Source: the human T2T-CHM13v2.0 reference genome, Homo sapiens | DNA: 64,000 nt | Reading direction: 5' to 3' (one strand) | Assembly (NCBI RefSeq): GCF_009914755.1 | Contig: NC_060932.1 | Part shown: positions 13,543-27,727 of the stretch, piece by piece | Numbering within the stretch: position 1 is the stretch's first letter | Layout of the letters: each line of letters starts with the position of its first letter | The notes under the pieces: model-generated | Seen by the model: only the letters and a program-made list of their open reading frames with translations | Database searches by the model: none | Told to the model about the DNA's origin: nothing | Program-made: the position numbers and the translations under genes

Positions 13543-15754
13543 AACCTTCTAAGTTTTTAAATGATCAAATTGGGCTCTTGGCAATAGACCACCTGTTCTG
13601 ATTTCCCTCAATCCCATGAGAACTACTGTCCATGTCCACTTACGTGAGGACAGAGCTTGGTCCCTGGTTGCATCTAAGCAAAGAAAAGAACTGAAAGCGA
13701 ACTTGGGGGCATCTTCCTCAATTTCTTCATTTTGCAGATGAAAATCCAGAGAAGAGAGTGACTTGATCAAGGTCACAGGGCAAATAAAGGGACAATATAA
13801 ACACAGTAAAGGGGGTGAGTATCAAATACAAGAGTCTTATTTTCTTTCTCTATATGTGTTATTAACCTAGACCAATCAGAGCTCATGCAGAGAAAAGGCA
13901 AGACTTGTGAGAAAAAGATGTTGCAAAGGAAGGAAAGAAGTCCAGAGAAGCTTGGCTGCCAACTTCAGTGCTCTACAGGACTGTGGAAAGAAGAACTGAG
14001 GCACGCATCATGTCACCAGTGGAAGCACCTGGCCCATACCCAGCCCCACACCTGCAGTGTCTGAGCAGGCATGTTTTCTCATTAGGCAAGTAAAACAAGC
14101 GGATTTATGTGTCCATTTTTTGGTTGCCCGTATTGCTTCTGAACTTTGCACTTACCTATAGTATGTGTATGCGGGTGGGTGGAGACCTCGTGTGGGAATT
14201 GTCAGTCTCCTGTGTCTGAGCTCCTTACAAGCAAGGATTATGACGGATTCACCCTCACGGCCCCAGTGCTATGCGTGCCACCCAGTAATAGAGCAGAGCT
14301 GCCTGGGGAAGTGGAAGGCTTCATGGAGGTGTGACATTGAGGCATTTAAGAAAGAAATGGTAGCTTCTGAAGGGATGAAGAGAATACAGAAGGCTTTCCA
14401 GGCAAGGGAAGCAGCTCTGTTTTCTGCTGGCCATGAGCAGCCTTGAAGACACAGATGCCAAATGCAACCAGAAGACCAATTAGACTTGCAGGGAACTGAG
14501 AGAAGTCACAGTCACCTCGCATCAGGGCAAAGACGCTTGGGCAGGCTGCACAAGTGACATGAACTCTTACATTTGGAGGGGACCTTCACTCAGGAATTTT
14601 AAACAATTATGAATTAAATAAGTTTCACTTTCAAAAACATTCCCATCATTAATATTGCTCTTCCAAATGAATGATTCAAACTCAGCCACGCTTGTCATGA
14701 AATCAGGCCGCTAGTTAAACAAGAATGGATGATCACCTGCCTTATGAAATTCTTCAATCGAAATAGCTTAATTCATCCATTTGTATTTTGCAGGCCACAA
14801 TCAAAGCCTAATTAGTTTACCACAAACAGCACTACTCTGGACGCTTGTTCAATCTGCATTCAGAACAGCTCTTCATTTGGCACAACGATATAGCTTTGCC
14901 TAATAAATTAAATCAGTGAGTATTAACTACCTGAATTATGCATGAACCTTTCTGTGTCAATGCAAGTTTGATTATTTAATCTGTGTAACTATATTGAGTA
15001 ATTCACCTTTGAATTTCCCTTGCATCCACAATATATAGGGGATAAAAAAACACAAGAAGGAAAAGATTTTTAAATGATGCCGACAAACTCACTTTCTGAA
15101 ATGCACAAGCCAACTGGCTGTGCCTGAGTCCAGTTCCCAGCACAAGCAAAATGAGCAGGCCATGCCCAGGGCTCAGAGCACAGTTACGCTTATCAAAGGG
15201 AGCTGTCCCGATCCCCTCCTGAAGCCGCTGTGCTCAAGGAACCATTAAAGAATGCAAGCATAACAGCAGAATTCAGTATCTGCTGAAGAAGAAAACATAT
15301 TCAATTGAATGTTGCTATTCTCTCACCACTGAGTGTAGCAGTGGCGCAGAAACCTCAGGGCCCACGATCTGAAGGTTGGCTCAAAGCCCACTGTCAACCT
15401 TCCCTGCCCACCCCACCTGGGCAAATCAGCAACTTAAGGCCTCAGTCTATTCCTCTAAACAGTAAGAATGTGATCCACCTTAAACGGCGGGGGTGGAATT
15501 TGGTGGGCATGGGTAAGGCACCAAGACGTAAGTGCTCAGCACAGAGGTCTGAAAAGGCCTCAGTGTTGCTTCACTGAGGGCGGTCCCTCTGGGCCCTGTT
15601 TACTTGCACGCAACTTATAAATGAGTATAATCTGCATAAACTTAGACAACTTTGATTGTGGCCTGCAAATCACATTAATATACCCCATATGACCCCACAA
15701 TACAGCATCACTTAAATAAACCATAAGCCACCAGAAATGTTTCCTGCTGATGGG

Positions 15755-16271
15755 TGTATCAGGCAGGGTTCTCTAGAGGACCAATCAGACACAGTGTGTG
15801 TGCACATGAGACATGAGAGGGGATGTATTAGGAGAACTCAATCCCTAGGTTCACCACACCAAGCCGCCTGCAAGCTGGAGAACCAGAGGAGCTGCAGGTC
15901 CGAAAGCCTCAAAGCCAGTGAGGCCAGTGCTGTAGCCCTTGGTCCAAAGCCACAGGCCGAGAACCCTCGAGGCTGCTGCTGTCAGTCCTAGAGTCCAAAG
16001 GCCCGGGAGCCCAAAGTTCTGATGTCCAAGTGCAGGAAGAGAAAAGTGTTCCAGCTCCAGGAGGGGAAGACAATTCTCCTCTCCTCTGCCTTTCTGTTCC
16101 ACCCAGGCCCCCGGCTAATGGATGGTGCCACCCACACTGACGGTGGATCTTCACCACACAGTCCCCCAACTCACACGCCAGTCCCCTCAGGGACACACCC
16201 AGCGGCAACGCGTTACCAGTTCTCCAGGTATTCCTCAATCCAGTCAAGGTGACAACCAAAATTCACCAGCA
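15755..16271 (-). mobile_element. MLT2 (ERVL) solo LTR
   Basis: tgtatcaggcagggttctctagagg ... tcaatccagtcaaggtgacaaccaaaattcaccagca matches a reverse MLT2 LTR. Confidence 0.85.
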
Positions 16272-18357
16272 CGAGGGGCACTGAAGTTGTTCTCGTATTT
16301 GCTAATACAAATACACTTGGAAGGGCATCTTCACGCATACCTTTTTTTCTACTTTTGAATTATTTTAAGGTAGAGGCAACATATAGAAATGTCACAGCAC
16401 AGATGATATGTGTTAACATGCAGCCTTCTTAAGACATTGTACCAACTTACATTGGCAACAGAAACATATTCATATGTCAGTCTCCATAAACTTTGTCAGC
16501 ACTGGAATTAATGTAAAAAAATCCATGCATATATCCATAATACATACGCATATATATAATATATACATACCTACCTACATAATGATGGCTCAAAGCTATG
16601 TGATTTTTCTTTCAATAATCGACACTTAATTAGTAATTCCATGAGGAAAAATGATGAGAAAAACCAGACTGTTCTTGCTCCATAATTAGACAAGGAGCTC
16701 CTTGAGGGGAGGAACAGTAGGGCCTCGTTTCGAAATTGACCATAGTGACAGAAGAGTGTGGCAGGTTCTCAAAACACGCCAAAAACTGGCTCAGAAAGAT
16801 CAGGCTGCTCACCAGCATTTCACACCAGCAGGGCTGTCCCCTAAAGCCACACACACAGACTCTCCATAGAGCCACACATGATCAAAGCCATCAGCAGGCC
16901 CAGGAAACACTTCCAGGAGGGCTGGAGACAGGCAAACAAGCATTGCCAGGCAGTTGTGGGTGCCAGCCCCTCCACGTCTCTTACCTACAGCCCTGGGTGC
17001 CAGGCCCTCCACGTCTCTTACCTACAGCTCAGGCTCTGTTGTGAAGCAGAGGGACGGGGGGCCCAGGCCTTGGCAGCACTCGGCCAGAAGCAACGGGAGC
17101 AGGACCACCAAGCGTTAGTGCGTGCGATCGTTCTAGCATATTGAGCTTTGGTGCCCCATATTATCTCACCTAATCCTCACAGGTAAATATTATTTTTTCT
17201 CCTATTTCCAGATGAAGAAATGGAGGCTCAGATCATGAAACCTGCCTGAGCTGAAGCCAAGGCTAAGTGATAACAGCTGATTCAAACTCATGTCTGGCTT
17301 ATATTGAAACCCACTGCCTTACCTACAGCTTGTGGTTGTGCCTGATGGACTGAGCTGCAAGAAGGGACTGCTGGAGGCCAGGAACCTCTGTGGACCAGCC
17401 CTCGACACTCACAGTCTCGCTCTCACTCCAGCGGTCATGCTGCTCAGTCCCTGGCCCTAAAAGGCACCAGATCTACTTTGTCCTTTAAGCCCCAACCAGG
17501 CTTCTTCTGTGGGCAAGGAGACTGGCAGAAAAGAACAGGCACTTTCCCTGGAAGAGTGAGGAAACACGGGCTCAAGCGTGCAGTCTCCCCCTTAGAAAGC
17601 AGCCCTGTGATACTGGAGGAAGGCACAATGTCTTGGGAGGCCCTGACGTGCTGGACAAAGGGGCCTTCCCTGGAGTTGCACAGTCCTGCCAGAGGCCCGG
17701 TGCCTGCCTCTGGAACCCTCAGTCTGCCCGTGTAGATGGGGACGGTAATGCCTGCCCCACAGGGTCTCTGGGGGTTAAGTTGATGACACATGCAATAATG
17801 CAGGGGTTCTATAAGCAGTGGCTCCTTTCTCTCAATGGGCCTCTCTGGACAAGCAGATACCACGCTCTGGCTCATAAAACGCACAAAAGCTCTGAGCAAA
17901 TTGTTAAGACAAAAGTAGCTAAGAGATTTTGAAACACACACACTGCGTATGACAAGCAGTAGGGAAAAGACAACACCATAGCCCAGCGGGGTTGATCCCG
18001 GGAAAACAAGGACCAGTTAGCACTGGAGTCAATCAGTGCGCTCTGCCACATTCACAAAATCAATGATTAAAATCACACAATCATCTCAACTGACGCAGAA
18101 AAAGCACCTAACAAAACTATAAGGCATAAAACAGAGCAGCAGCTGTCAAGAGTTTGGAGTAGGGGCCAGGGTTGCCTACAAGGCAGTATGAGGGGACATT
18201 TTTTTAAGGTGAAGAAATTGTTCTGTATCTTTATTTTGTTGGTGTGGTTTCACAGATAACCTTGTCAAACCTCACAGAATTGTACACCAACGAGAGTGAA
18301 CTTCAGTGCATGTAAATTATATTTCAATAGATCTGAATTTTTAACAAATGAAGAGGC

Positions 18358-18635
18358 AGCCGGGCACAGTGGCTCATGCCGTAATCCTAGCACTTTGGGA
18401 GGCTAAGGCGGGCAGCTCACAAGTCAGGAGTTCAAGACCATCCTGGCTAACACGGTGAAACCCTGTCTCTACTAAAAATACAAAAAATTAGCCAGGTGTG
18501 GTGGCATGTGCCTGTAGGAGGCTGAGGCAGGAGAATCGCTTGAACGCGGGAGGCAGAGCTTGCAGTGAGCCGAGACTGCGCCACTGCACCCCAGTCTGGG
18601 CGACAGAGCGAGACTCCGTCTCAAAAAAAAAAAAA
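18358..18635 (+). mobile_element. AluS
   Basis: Dimeric Alu with poly-A tail. Confidence 0.95.
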
Positions 18636-18718
18636 GGAGGAGGAGGAGGAGGAAGAGGAGGAGGAGGAGGAGAAGGGAAGGAGGAGGAGGAGGAGGAGGA
18701 GGAGCGGTGGTGGTGAAG
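18636..18718. repeat. (GGA)n purine microsatellite after the Alu tail
   Basis: Directly visible. Confidence 0.95.
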
Positions 18719-21700
18719 AGGCAAGCCACAGATATACACTAGGAGAACGTATTATATCTATATATTCAATGCATATATATATATATCTTCACTATATGTG
18801 TGTATACATAACATAGTGTCACTATATGTACATAAATATATGTGCATATGTATATATATATCTTCACTAGATACATCTTCACTTCACTGTATATCTGACA
18901 AATTATTTAGATCCAGAATATTCAAGAACTCCTACGAGTCTATAAAAATACAAACAACCCATAAAATGAACAAAAGGCTTGAACAGACACTTCAGAAAGG
19001 AAAATATATGAATGGCCAATAATCACATGAAGAAGTGTTCAATGTCCTTAGAATTAGGGAACCATAAATTATAATCAATGAAAAGATAATCACCAGAATG
19101 ACTACAGTTTTAGAATGTGATCCCACTGTACCATGGTGAAGGCGCACAGCACCGGAGCTCTTACACTGCCGGGGGAATGTAAAATGGAGCAACGATTTTA
19201 TAAAACTGTTTTGATAGTTTCTTATAGTTAAACCCACGCTTAGTATATGACCTAACAATTCTACCCCTTAATAACTCCTAGTATTTCCAATTTATCAATA
19301 TTTCCAAGAAAGAAAAATCATGTCAACAAAATTACTTGAAAAATGTTCATAACAGCTTTATGCATAATAGTCAAAAACTGAAAACAAATGTCTATCAATA
19401 GGAGAATAAACAAATTACAGTGTGTCCATGCAATGGATTACTAATTGAGCAATAAAAAGAAATGAACTACTGATACAACAACTGGGATAATCTCACGAAC
19501 ATTATACTGAGCAAAGAAGCAGGACAGAAGAGCACTTATGCTGAGGTGCCTATTATGTGACACTCTAAACTAGGCAAAGGCAAAAACATCAGAACCGAGG
19601 ACACCTCTAGTTAGCGTATGGGGATTAACCTAGATGGGATACAAGAGAACTTTCTGGGGAGATAGAAATGTTCTACGAGGGAGAAGGGTTAATAGAATGT
19701 ATCCATCCATCCAAACTGTAGAGTTAAGATGTGTGTGTTTAAATGTGTGTAGCTTTACCTTGAAATAAAGTAACTGAAGCTCATTATCATCATCATTCTC
19801 AACACCGTCACTCAGTATGGGATGGTGACCTGGGTAGGGATGATAAAGATGGGAATGGCTCAACGTTGATGATTACTGAAGCTGTTAATGGATGTGTGGA
19901 TGGTTCCTCACATTCTTCTGTTTACTTTCTATACGTTTAAAATTTTCCCTAGTAAATGAGTTAAATTTAATCACCTATTGCATCCCTGATATACGTCTGC
20001 CTTGCATGTTCACACCTGTGACCTCATTAAATCCTCCCAGCAATCCTGTGAGGCAAGTCCATTGTCCAGGAGAAGAAAATGAGACGTGGAGAACCAGCCA
20101 AGGACCCCCGTGTCGCCTTTCATCCCTCCTGCCACTGCCCAATGCAGGTCTTTACCGTCACAGACAGGAAGTGCTCCCGATCACGGACAAAATTCCAAAG
20201 GCATCGTGGGTCAGACAGCACGGAATGAGTAGTGCAGGGCAGGTAAGCAGACCTCACAGAGGTCCAGAGGACAGGAGGCAGTCAGGGTTGCTTTCCTGAC
20301 AAGACTCCTCCTCCTCCTACACCCCTCCAGCCCAGGGACACTGGAGTGGGCGGGCCCTGGGACACAGCATCCCCCGAACTACCCAGCAATCAGAACTCCA
20401 GTGGTCACAGCCGTGCTTCACTGTCACCCTAAGGAAGAAATGCTCAGAAAAGCCACTACTTTGGGCTTCAGGGCAAGTGCATCCCCTTCCAGCTTTTCCC
20501 CGTCCCTCTTCCTCATCTCCAAAAGGGAGGCCACTTCATCAACATCTGCTTCCCGTCCACCAGGGTCCCTCCGTAGGGGAAGGAAGGAGATGCACAGAAG
20601 ATGGCAGGGTGGGAAGGATACATGGGGTTCTTGGCTGATGTCGCTGCACTTAACAAACACTTACTGGGCTCTCGTTGTCAGACAGACTTTGTTCTGGGCA
20701 CTTGAAAAACTCAGAGGAAAGACAGTCCCCGCCCTGAGGGGGCCAATTCCTTAGGAGAAGACAAGCAGGATCAAGCTGTGAAAGACCTCAGCTCGGTGGA
20801 GTCACAATCTGATTGTGGGCAATGCAGGCCTCTTGAAAGAAGGGCCGCTCAGTGGAGAGCTCTGGAGGTCCTTCAGGAAGAGAGAACGTCGGGCACAGAC
20901 AGGAAGGGGTCAGAGGGCAGGGACTACGGGACCACAGCAAGTAGCTGGGCCTCTGGTGCTGTTGATCGCCAGTGGTATGACCTGCATTCAGATGCTGATC
21001 CCTGTAAGCACCTCAGGAAAATTGCTACCCAATTTTTTTAGATGAGGGGACTGGAACCCAGAAAAGAGACATCATTTGCCCAATGTCAGCCTTCATGTTA
21101 GAAGAGATCTGAAGCCTAGACCTCCTGCCTCTGACCCACTCTCCTCTGCAATAAAAGGAGGCAATGTGTGCCCATCAAGAAGGTGACCATCAGAGCCCTG
21201 CAGACAGGGCTCGGCCCCAGAGCAGGTGACTCCAGAAAAACACCACCCTTCTTTGCCTTCTAGGCCCTGCGTCTTATAAAATGGAGTTACCGACACCTAC
21301 CACACTAGACTGTCTTGGAGGTTAAATGCTATAATGTACATAAAACTATTCACAGAGAAACTATGTTTTTATTGTTACTCATTACAAAGATTATTTTAAT
21401 AACTCTTGACTAGTTGGGGCCAACTTAGTAGCAGCTCTGTGTGGTCATCACGGAGTGAAGACAGAGAAGATCAGCCCACAGACAGCACGAATGTCAGACC
21501 TCAACTCTGTCATTATGGACAAAGTCCCCACATCCTTCTCCTCCTCCAGCCTGCTTATCGCCACCATGTGGGATGCAAAGGCACTTATTCCTCCTCCATT
21601 AGGAGGGTTTCAGCCCCATGGAACTGCCTTCGCTGCCGCCATATAAGTAGCTAGCCAGTGTCATCACTGCCACCACCATCATCAGCTCCAACATTTGTTA

Positions 21701-22961
21701 AGCATGTATATTATATGCACGTCAGTAAAGTGAGCACGGCACAGCATCATCCCCCTTCTTTCCTATAACCACTTTTCCATAGGAGAAAAGAAGAGGCTGC
21801 CAAGTGTTCGGATGCCCTTCACTGTAGAGGCATCCGACACATTGGATGTAGAGCCAATGTCTGTGATATTTCTAGGGCTGTACACATTTTCACCTTCAGC
21901 TGCAACAGCTGTAAGGAAAATATCCTTCTGAAGCTGGACACGGGGCATTTTGACTCACTTCTGCTTAGCTGCCTTTTGCAGTTACTGATTTGAAGCAACT
22001 AAACATTGGAGTGAAATCTCTTATGATAGCCCACTTCTAATGCAACGATAACGAGAAGAGCAGTGCTAATAATAACAGCTAACAGGAAGCCCTTGCTTTC
22101 CTGCAGGCTTTGCACATGATTCTTGTAAACCTCAGGCCAGTCCTGAGAGGAGGTGCTATCACGATCCCCATTTTACAGGTGGGGAGATGGAGAGACGCAA
22201 GCTGTCCAACCACTCTTAAGCACTGTATATATACATAGCAGCACTGTGACGAGTCTACATAAGGAAGAGAGTTTCTGATTTGCATGTGTGGAACACAGCA
22301 TGGCCTATAAATGTCCACTTGATGACATCACTGCCAAAATGGCGCCCCGGAGAGCCTCGAAAAGAGCTGCCCTCCCCTGGCTGCTGTGTGTGTGGCCCTT
22401 GCTCGTCAGTGGGCCTTCGGTGACACTCTCCAGTGACACCACCGTGAGAGCTGCATCCTTGCTTTACAACTCGTGCATCCTTGCTTCACAAAGTAAAAAG
22501 TCCACAGACACTGTTCTTTCTGAAAAAGCCAGGATCTAGCTAGGATCAAACATCAAAGAAAGTGAGGTCAAAGGAAGAGTGCAGAGGAGAGCGCCAGGCC
22601 TCCCGAGCCAACGTGTGTCCATCCGCATTCCACGCTGTGTCCCTCAGGCCATGGGGCCCATCCCCTCTGGGTGCCCATCTGAAACTCAGAGATGACAACA
22701 CCCGATTCCTAGGCCACTCACTGTGAGGTCTGAATACGATCACGAAGATCGGCCGTGGCACCCCAAGGCTGGCCTTGGCATCGGCGCCTACTGTCACACA
22801 GCCCTCACCAAGGCCACATCCAAGCTGCTATGAGTTCATCCATGCAAGCAACTATCATGCGCCAGTTAAAATTTGTAGTTGACATAGATGTAATTACATC
22901 TGACATAAACATAAAATGTAAATAACATTTATATAATGTATAGAAAACATAACCACAAAAT

Positions 22962-23260
22962 CAGCTGGGTACAATAGTTCACATCTGTAATCCCAGCACT
23001 TTGGGAGGCTGAGGCAGAAGGATGGCTTAAGCACAGGAGTTTAAGACCAGCCTGGGCAACATAGCAAGACTCTGTCTCTACAAAAAATTTAAATATTAGC
23101 TGCGCATGGTAGCACACACCTGTAGTCCCAGCCACTCGGGAGGCTGAGGCAGGAGGATCGCTTGAACCCAGGAGGTAAAGGATACAGTGAGCCTAGATTG
23201 TGCCACTGTGCTCCAGCCCGAGTGAGAGAGCCAGATCCTATCTCAAAAGAAAAAAAAAGG
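22962..23260 (+). mobile_element. AluJ with ~20-bp TSD
   Basis: TSD agaaaa(c/t)ataaccacaaaat at ~22942-22961 and ~23262-23281. Confidence 0.93.
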
Positions 23261-24999
23261 AAGAAAATATAACCACAAAATATAAATATAATACATATTT
23301 GTTTGTGTATTGAACAAATATCTTCCCATTAGACTGAAAGCTTCATGAGGACAGGGATCATGGTTCACTTGTTCAACAGAAGATAATAAATAATGGTTGA
23401 GTAAATGAATAAATGGGTGAATGAACATAATCCTTGCTCTTAGGGAACATGTAGCTTAGTGGAAAAGAATAAAAAATAAAAAGATAATCTAATGACTTTC
23501 TAGCTTTCTTTTCTGTCATCTCAGAGAGTTAGGTACCAAGGCAGGTGTGACCAGATGCCTACTCTCTAAGAGCTGACCCCAGAGATCCCAGCCTGAGCCC
23601 CAGGGCTGAGGCAGCCCAGAGAAGGTGCCTTCCGCTATCTTCTGCTTGCATGCATTTGAGCAGGGCAGATGCTTGCCGGGGGGACTCCAAGGCCAAGTGG
23701 CTGGTCGATGTGATGTGATGGACAAGGCAAGGACACAGAACAGGGAGAGGACCCTTCCCACTGTGGACATCAGGAGTCGCTTCCTGAACAAGGCGGCAGC
23801 TGGGCCAGGCCCCAGGGATGGGACCAGAAATGTTGAGATGGGGAGAAAGCAATGCAGGCGGAAGAATGATTGTGTAGAAAACGGAAAGGCAGGAAAGCTG
23901 CAGGACCGCAGGGCCAGAACAAGAGAAACCTGGGAGAGGAGATGGAAAAGGCTGCGTGGCCCCAGATAGAAAAGTCCAGCATGGACAATCGTGATGTTTC
24001 TTATGGAAAAACATGACTTTCCTCAGAAAATGGAGAACTTTATCCTGCATTTGTCATGGAGATAAAATAATTAGATACAAAGTGTGAAAAACCAGTAACA
24101 CTAGTAGAAACACTGCAAGGCAAACTGTCTTCAAAGCATGCAGTTCATCTCCATTTAACTGGAAATTACTGTGAAAGAAAGAAAAACTGTCCCAGAATCA
24201 GCTTCCAGACAAGAAAGAACCTGTTCCAAACCATCTCTTCATGCTTTTCTCTGCGTTCAAATTGCAAAAATACAAAGTTGTATAGAATTTTGGAAGAACT
24301 TTTCAGAGAACATTTCATTTTAACAAAAGGCAAGGAGAAAACTGCAAAAGTGCTTGTGGTTTTATAGCAGTGCCATGGGAAGACACTGCTGTTATGCTGA
24401 GAGAAGGTAAGTCACGCAGGAGTGGCTGGACTCAAGTTCAAGCCCAGGCTTTTCAGCACTCTTTGATCCCACCAAAATCTTGGCCTCAGGCAGGGAGGGT
24501 GGAGTGGCAACTGCACTGGATGGAGGCTTAGTGAGGTACATGGCTGAACACGGGGGAGGGCTTCCAGATATGGGACAGAAGGCCAGAGGTGGGATGGGGC
24601 AGGGATGAATGGATGGAAAAGAGCTTCCTAGGTGGGGAAAGGAAATTATTCTAGGAACTGAAGGCAGTATGGGCAAAAACATGAATCACAAGGACAAAGA
24701 GGGGTCTGATAGAGGAACTGCACCCACTTTAAGAAGAGGCAGCTCAGGGTTGAGAATGTGTCATCTTCTGAGGAGCCCATGCAGGAACTGAGAGGATGTC
24801 ACATGCAGGTACACAGGAGCCACAGTCCCAAACTCAGAGGTCTGCACTCTAACACCAGGTCAGCCACCTCCCCTCCCTGCCCCCAGTCACCACCAGTCAA
24901 CAGGGGGCCTACCCAGCAATGGCTCAAGGCTTTTCAACTCTGACATTCCTAAAGCTGGATGGATCCTATCATCTCTCCAGCAACTGTACAGCTTTCCAG

Positions 25000-25370
25000 T
25001 GATATGGTTTGGCTGTGTCCCCACCCAAATCTTATCTTGAATTGTAGCTCCCATAATTCCCATGGGAATTATGTCATGGGAGGGACCCAGTGGGAGGTAA
25101 CTGAATCATAGGGGTGGGTATTTCCAATGCTGTTTTCGTGATGGTGAATAAGTCTCACGAGATCTGATGGTTTTATAAAGGACTGTTCCCCTGCACATGC
25201 TCTCTTGCCTGCTGCCATGTAAGACGTGACTTTGTTCCTCATTCACCTTCTGCCATGATTATGAAGTCTCCCCAGCAATGTGGAACTGTGAGTCCATTAA
25301 ACCTCTTTCCTTTATAAATTACTCAGTCTCGGGTATGTCTTTATTAGCAGAGTGAGAACAGACTAATACA
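25000..25370 (+). mobile_element. THE1B-like MaLR solo LTR
   Basis: tgatatggtttggctgtgtccccacccaaatc ... gagaacagactaataca termini. Confidence 0.95.
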
Positions 25371-25727
25371 GATGGCCAGAAGCAACAAAGAATCTGAGAA
25401 GAGTTCAGACTTTGAATGGGTGACACTTAGTTCACTCTTGGTTCTGCTCCTTTAACAGGTGTTTGAATTTGGCAAGTTCCTTAACTTGATGAGGCCCCAG
25501 AGAAGTAAGATAACACTCCCCTGGAAAGTGCCTCCAGGACCAGAGAGGCCACAAGCAGCGGCTCCAGCAGAAAAGAGGCACCTGCAGAAGGGCAGTGAAG
25601 TTTGTTCATATTTATTACAAGTGCTCTCCCTACACCCAAGGACCTGGACTATTGTTCTCCCCACTTTATAACTACAGTGGCACACTGGCAACAAAAACGT
25701 CTAATTGTGCATAATAATAAAAAGGCA

Positions 25728-26100
<373 letters not shown>

Positions 26101-26406
26101 TCAGATGTTATTTCAGCTCAAAGTTTGCTTTAAGAAATGACACCTTGGAATTAACCCTGTTTCATCAAAAGGCCAAGATTCCCAAGAAGAGATGTTGAAT
26201 GATCCAGGGGAATCAAGTACATACAAGGTCATAGAAGGCACATACATGGTCAGTGATGAACATTCCATATCATGTGTGGGTCTGTAATAGTTCTCCCTGT
26301 AACTTAACACTCAGCACTGTGGAAATTGAGAACCACATGAGTAAACTTTCTTTCACTTGTGATGCACAACAGCTAACAGTACAAAACACCACGCCGCACT
26401 CATTCT

Positions 26407-26837
26407 TGTCTTAGTCCATTTGGTGTTGCTGCAACAGAATACCTGAGTGTGGGTAATGCGTAAAGAAAAGAGGTTTATTTTGCTATGATTCTGGTAGCTG
26501 GAATGTCCACAAGCATGGCACTGGCATCTGTTCGGCTTCTGGTGAGGGCCATGGGCTGCGTCAAGATGTAGCAGACAAGAAGAAACACCAGAGGGCATAT
26601 GCAAAGAGACGTGCATAAGGAGTGAGTCTTGCTTTATAACAACCCACTCTCATGTTGACTGATCCAGCCCCATGACAGCTAGAACTCTCTCAGGAGACAG
26701 CACTAATCTATTCCGGAGGGTTCAGCCCCCATGACCCAATCACCTCCCGCTAGGCCCCACCTCCCAACACTGCCATGCTGGCAGTTAAACTTCAAGCAAG
26801 AGTTTTGGTGGAAACAAACCACATCCAAACCATAGCA
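26407..26837 (-). mobile_element. MST-family MaLR solo LTR
   Basis: tgtcttagtccattt ... cacatccaaaccatagca termini. Confidence 0.88.
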
Positions 26838-27416
26838 CCTGTCACACTCACAAACCCTAAAAACATGAATTCTAGTGCTATGGGCCAGAGCTTTCATCAT
26901 GTGTGTAATGAACCTGCAAACACGCTCAAGTGCCAAAGAAATAGGCACAGAACCAGAAAGCTTCTGTTGAATGCTTCAGAGCACAAAGGGTTTCATGTCC
27001 ACTCTCTCCCGAGGTCCTCATGGAAGGATGGTGAGGAAGGTGTTGCCATAGCCCATGGTGTCCACGGTACAAAGCCTGGACTCCTGCTGTGCCACCAACC
27101 AGGAAAGCCCCCTCCTCCAGGGAGGCACCCACCCTGGCTCTGGAGGTGTGACCAAAGTTTTCTCAGAGAAGCAAGGCCAAGATTAACCATCCTATGCCAT
27201 CTATCCCCAGTGCGTCTGCAGCTGAGAAGCCTGCCCTCCTTCCTCAGCAGCACACTCTGCCTGGACCTCTGCTCCTCACAGTCCACTACCACATCTCAGG
27301 CTGTTCAGCACCCATCAGCCTGGAATCCCAGCTCTGGCGTCTCTCCACAGAAGATGGCTCCAATGTCTTCTCTTTATTCTCAGTATTTTGCTCCACATAG
27401 TCAAGGTGAAGAATAA

Positions 27417-27727
<311 letters not shown>

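Larger units (their letters stand above)
18050..19950 (+). mobile_element. Old L1ME/MC 3' fragments, interrupted by an Alu and simple repeats
   Basis: L1 3' motifs (gcaataaaaagaaatgaactactgatac; aaactgtagagttaagatgtgtg). Confidence 0.75.
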
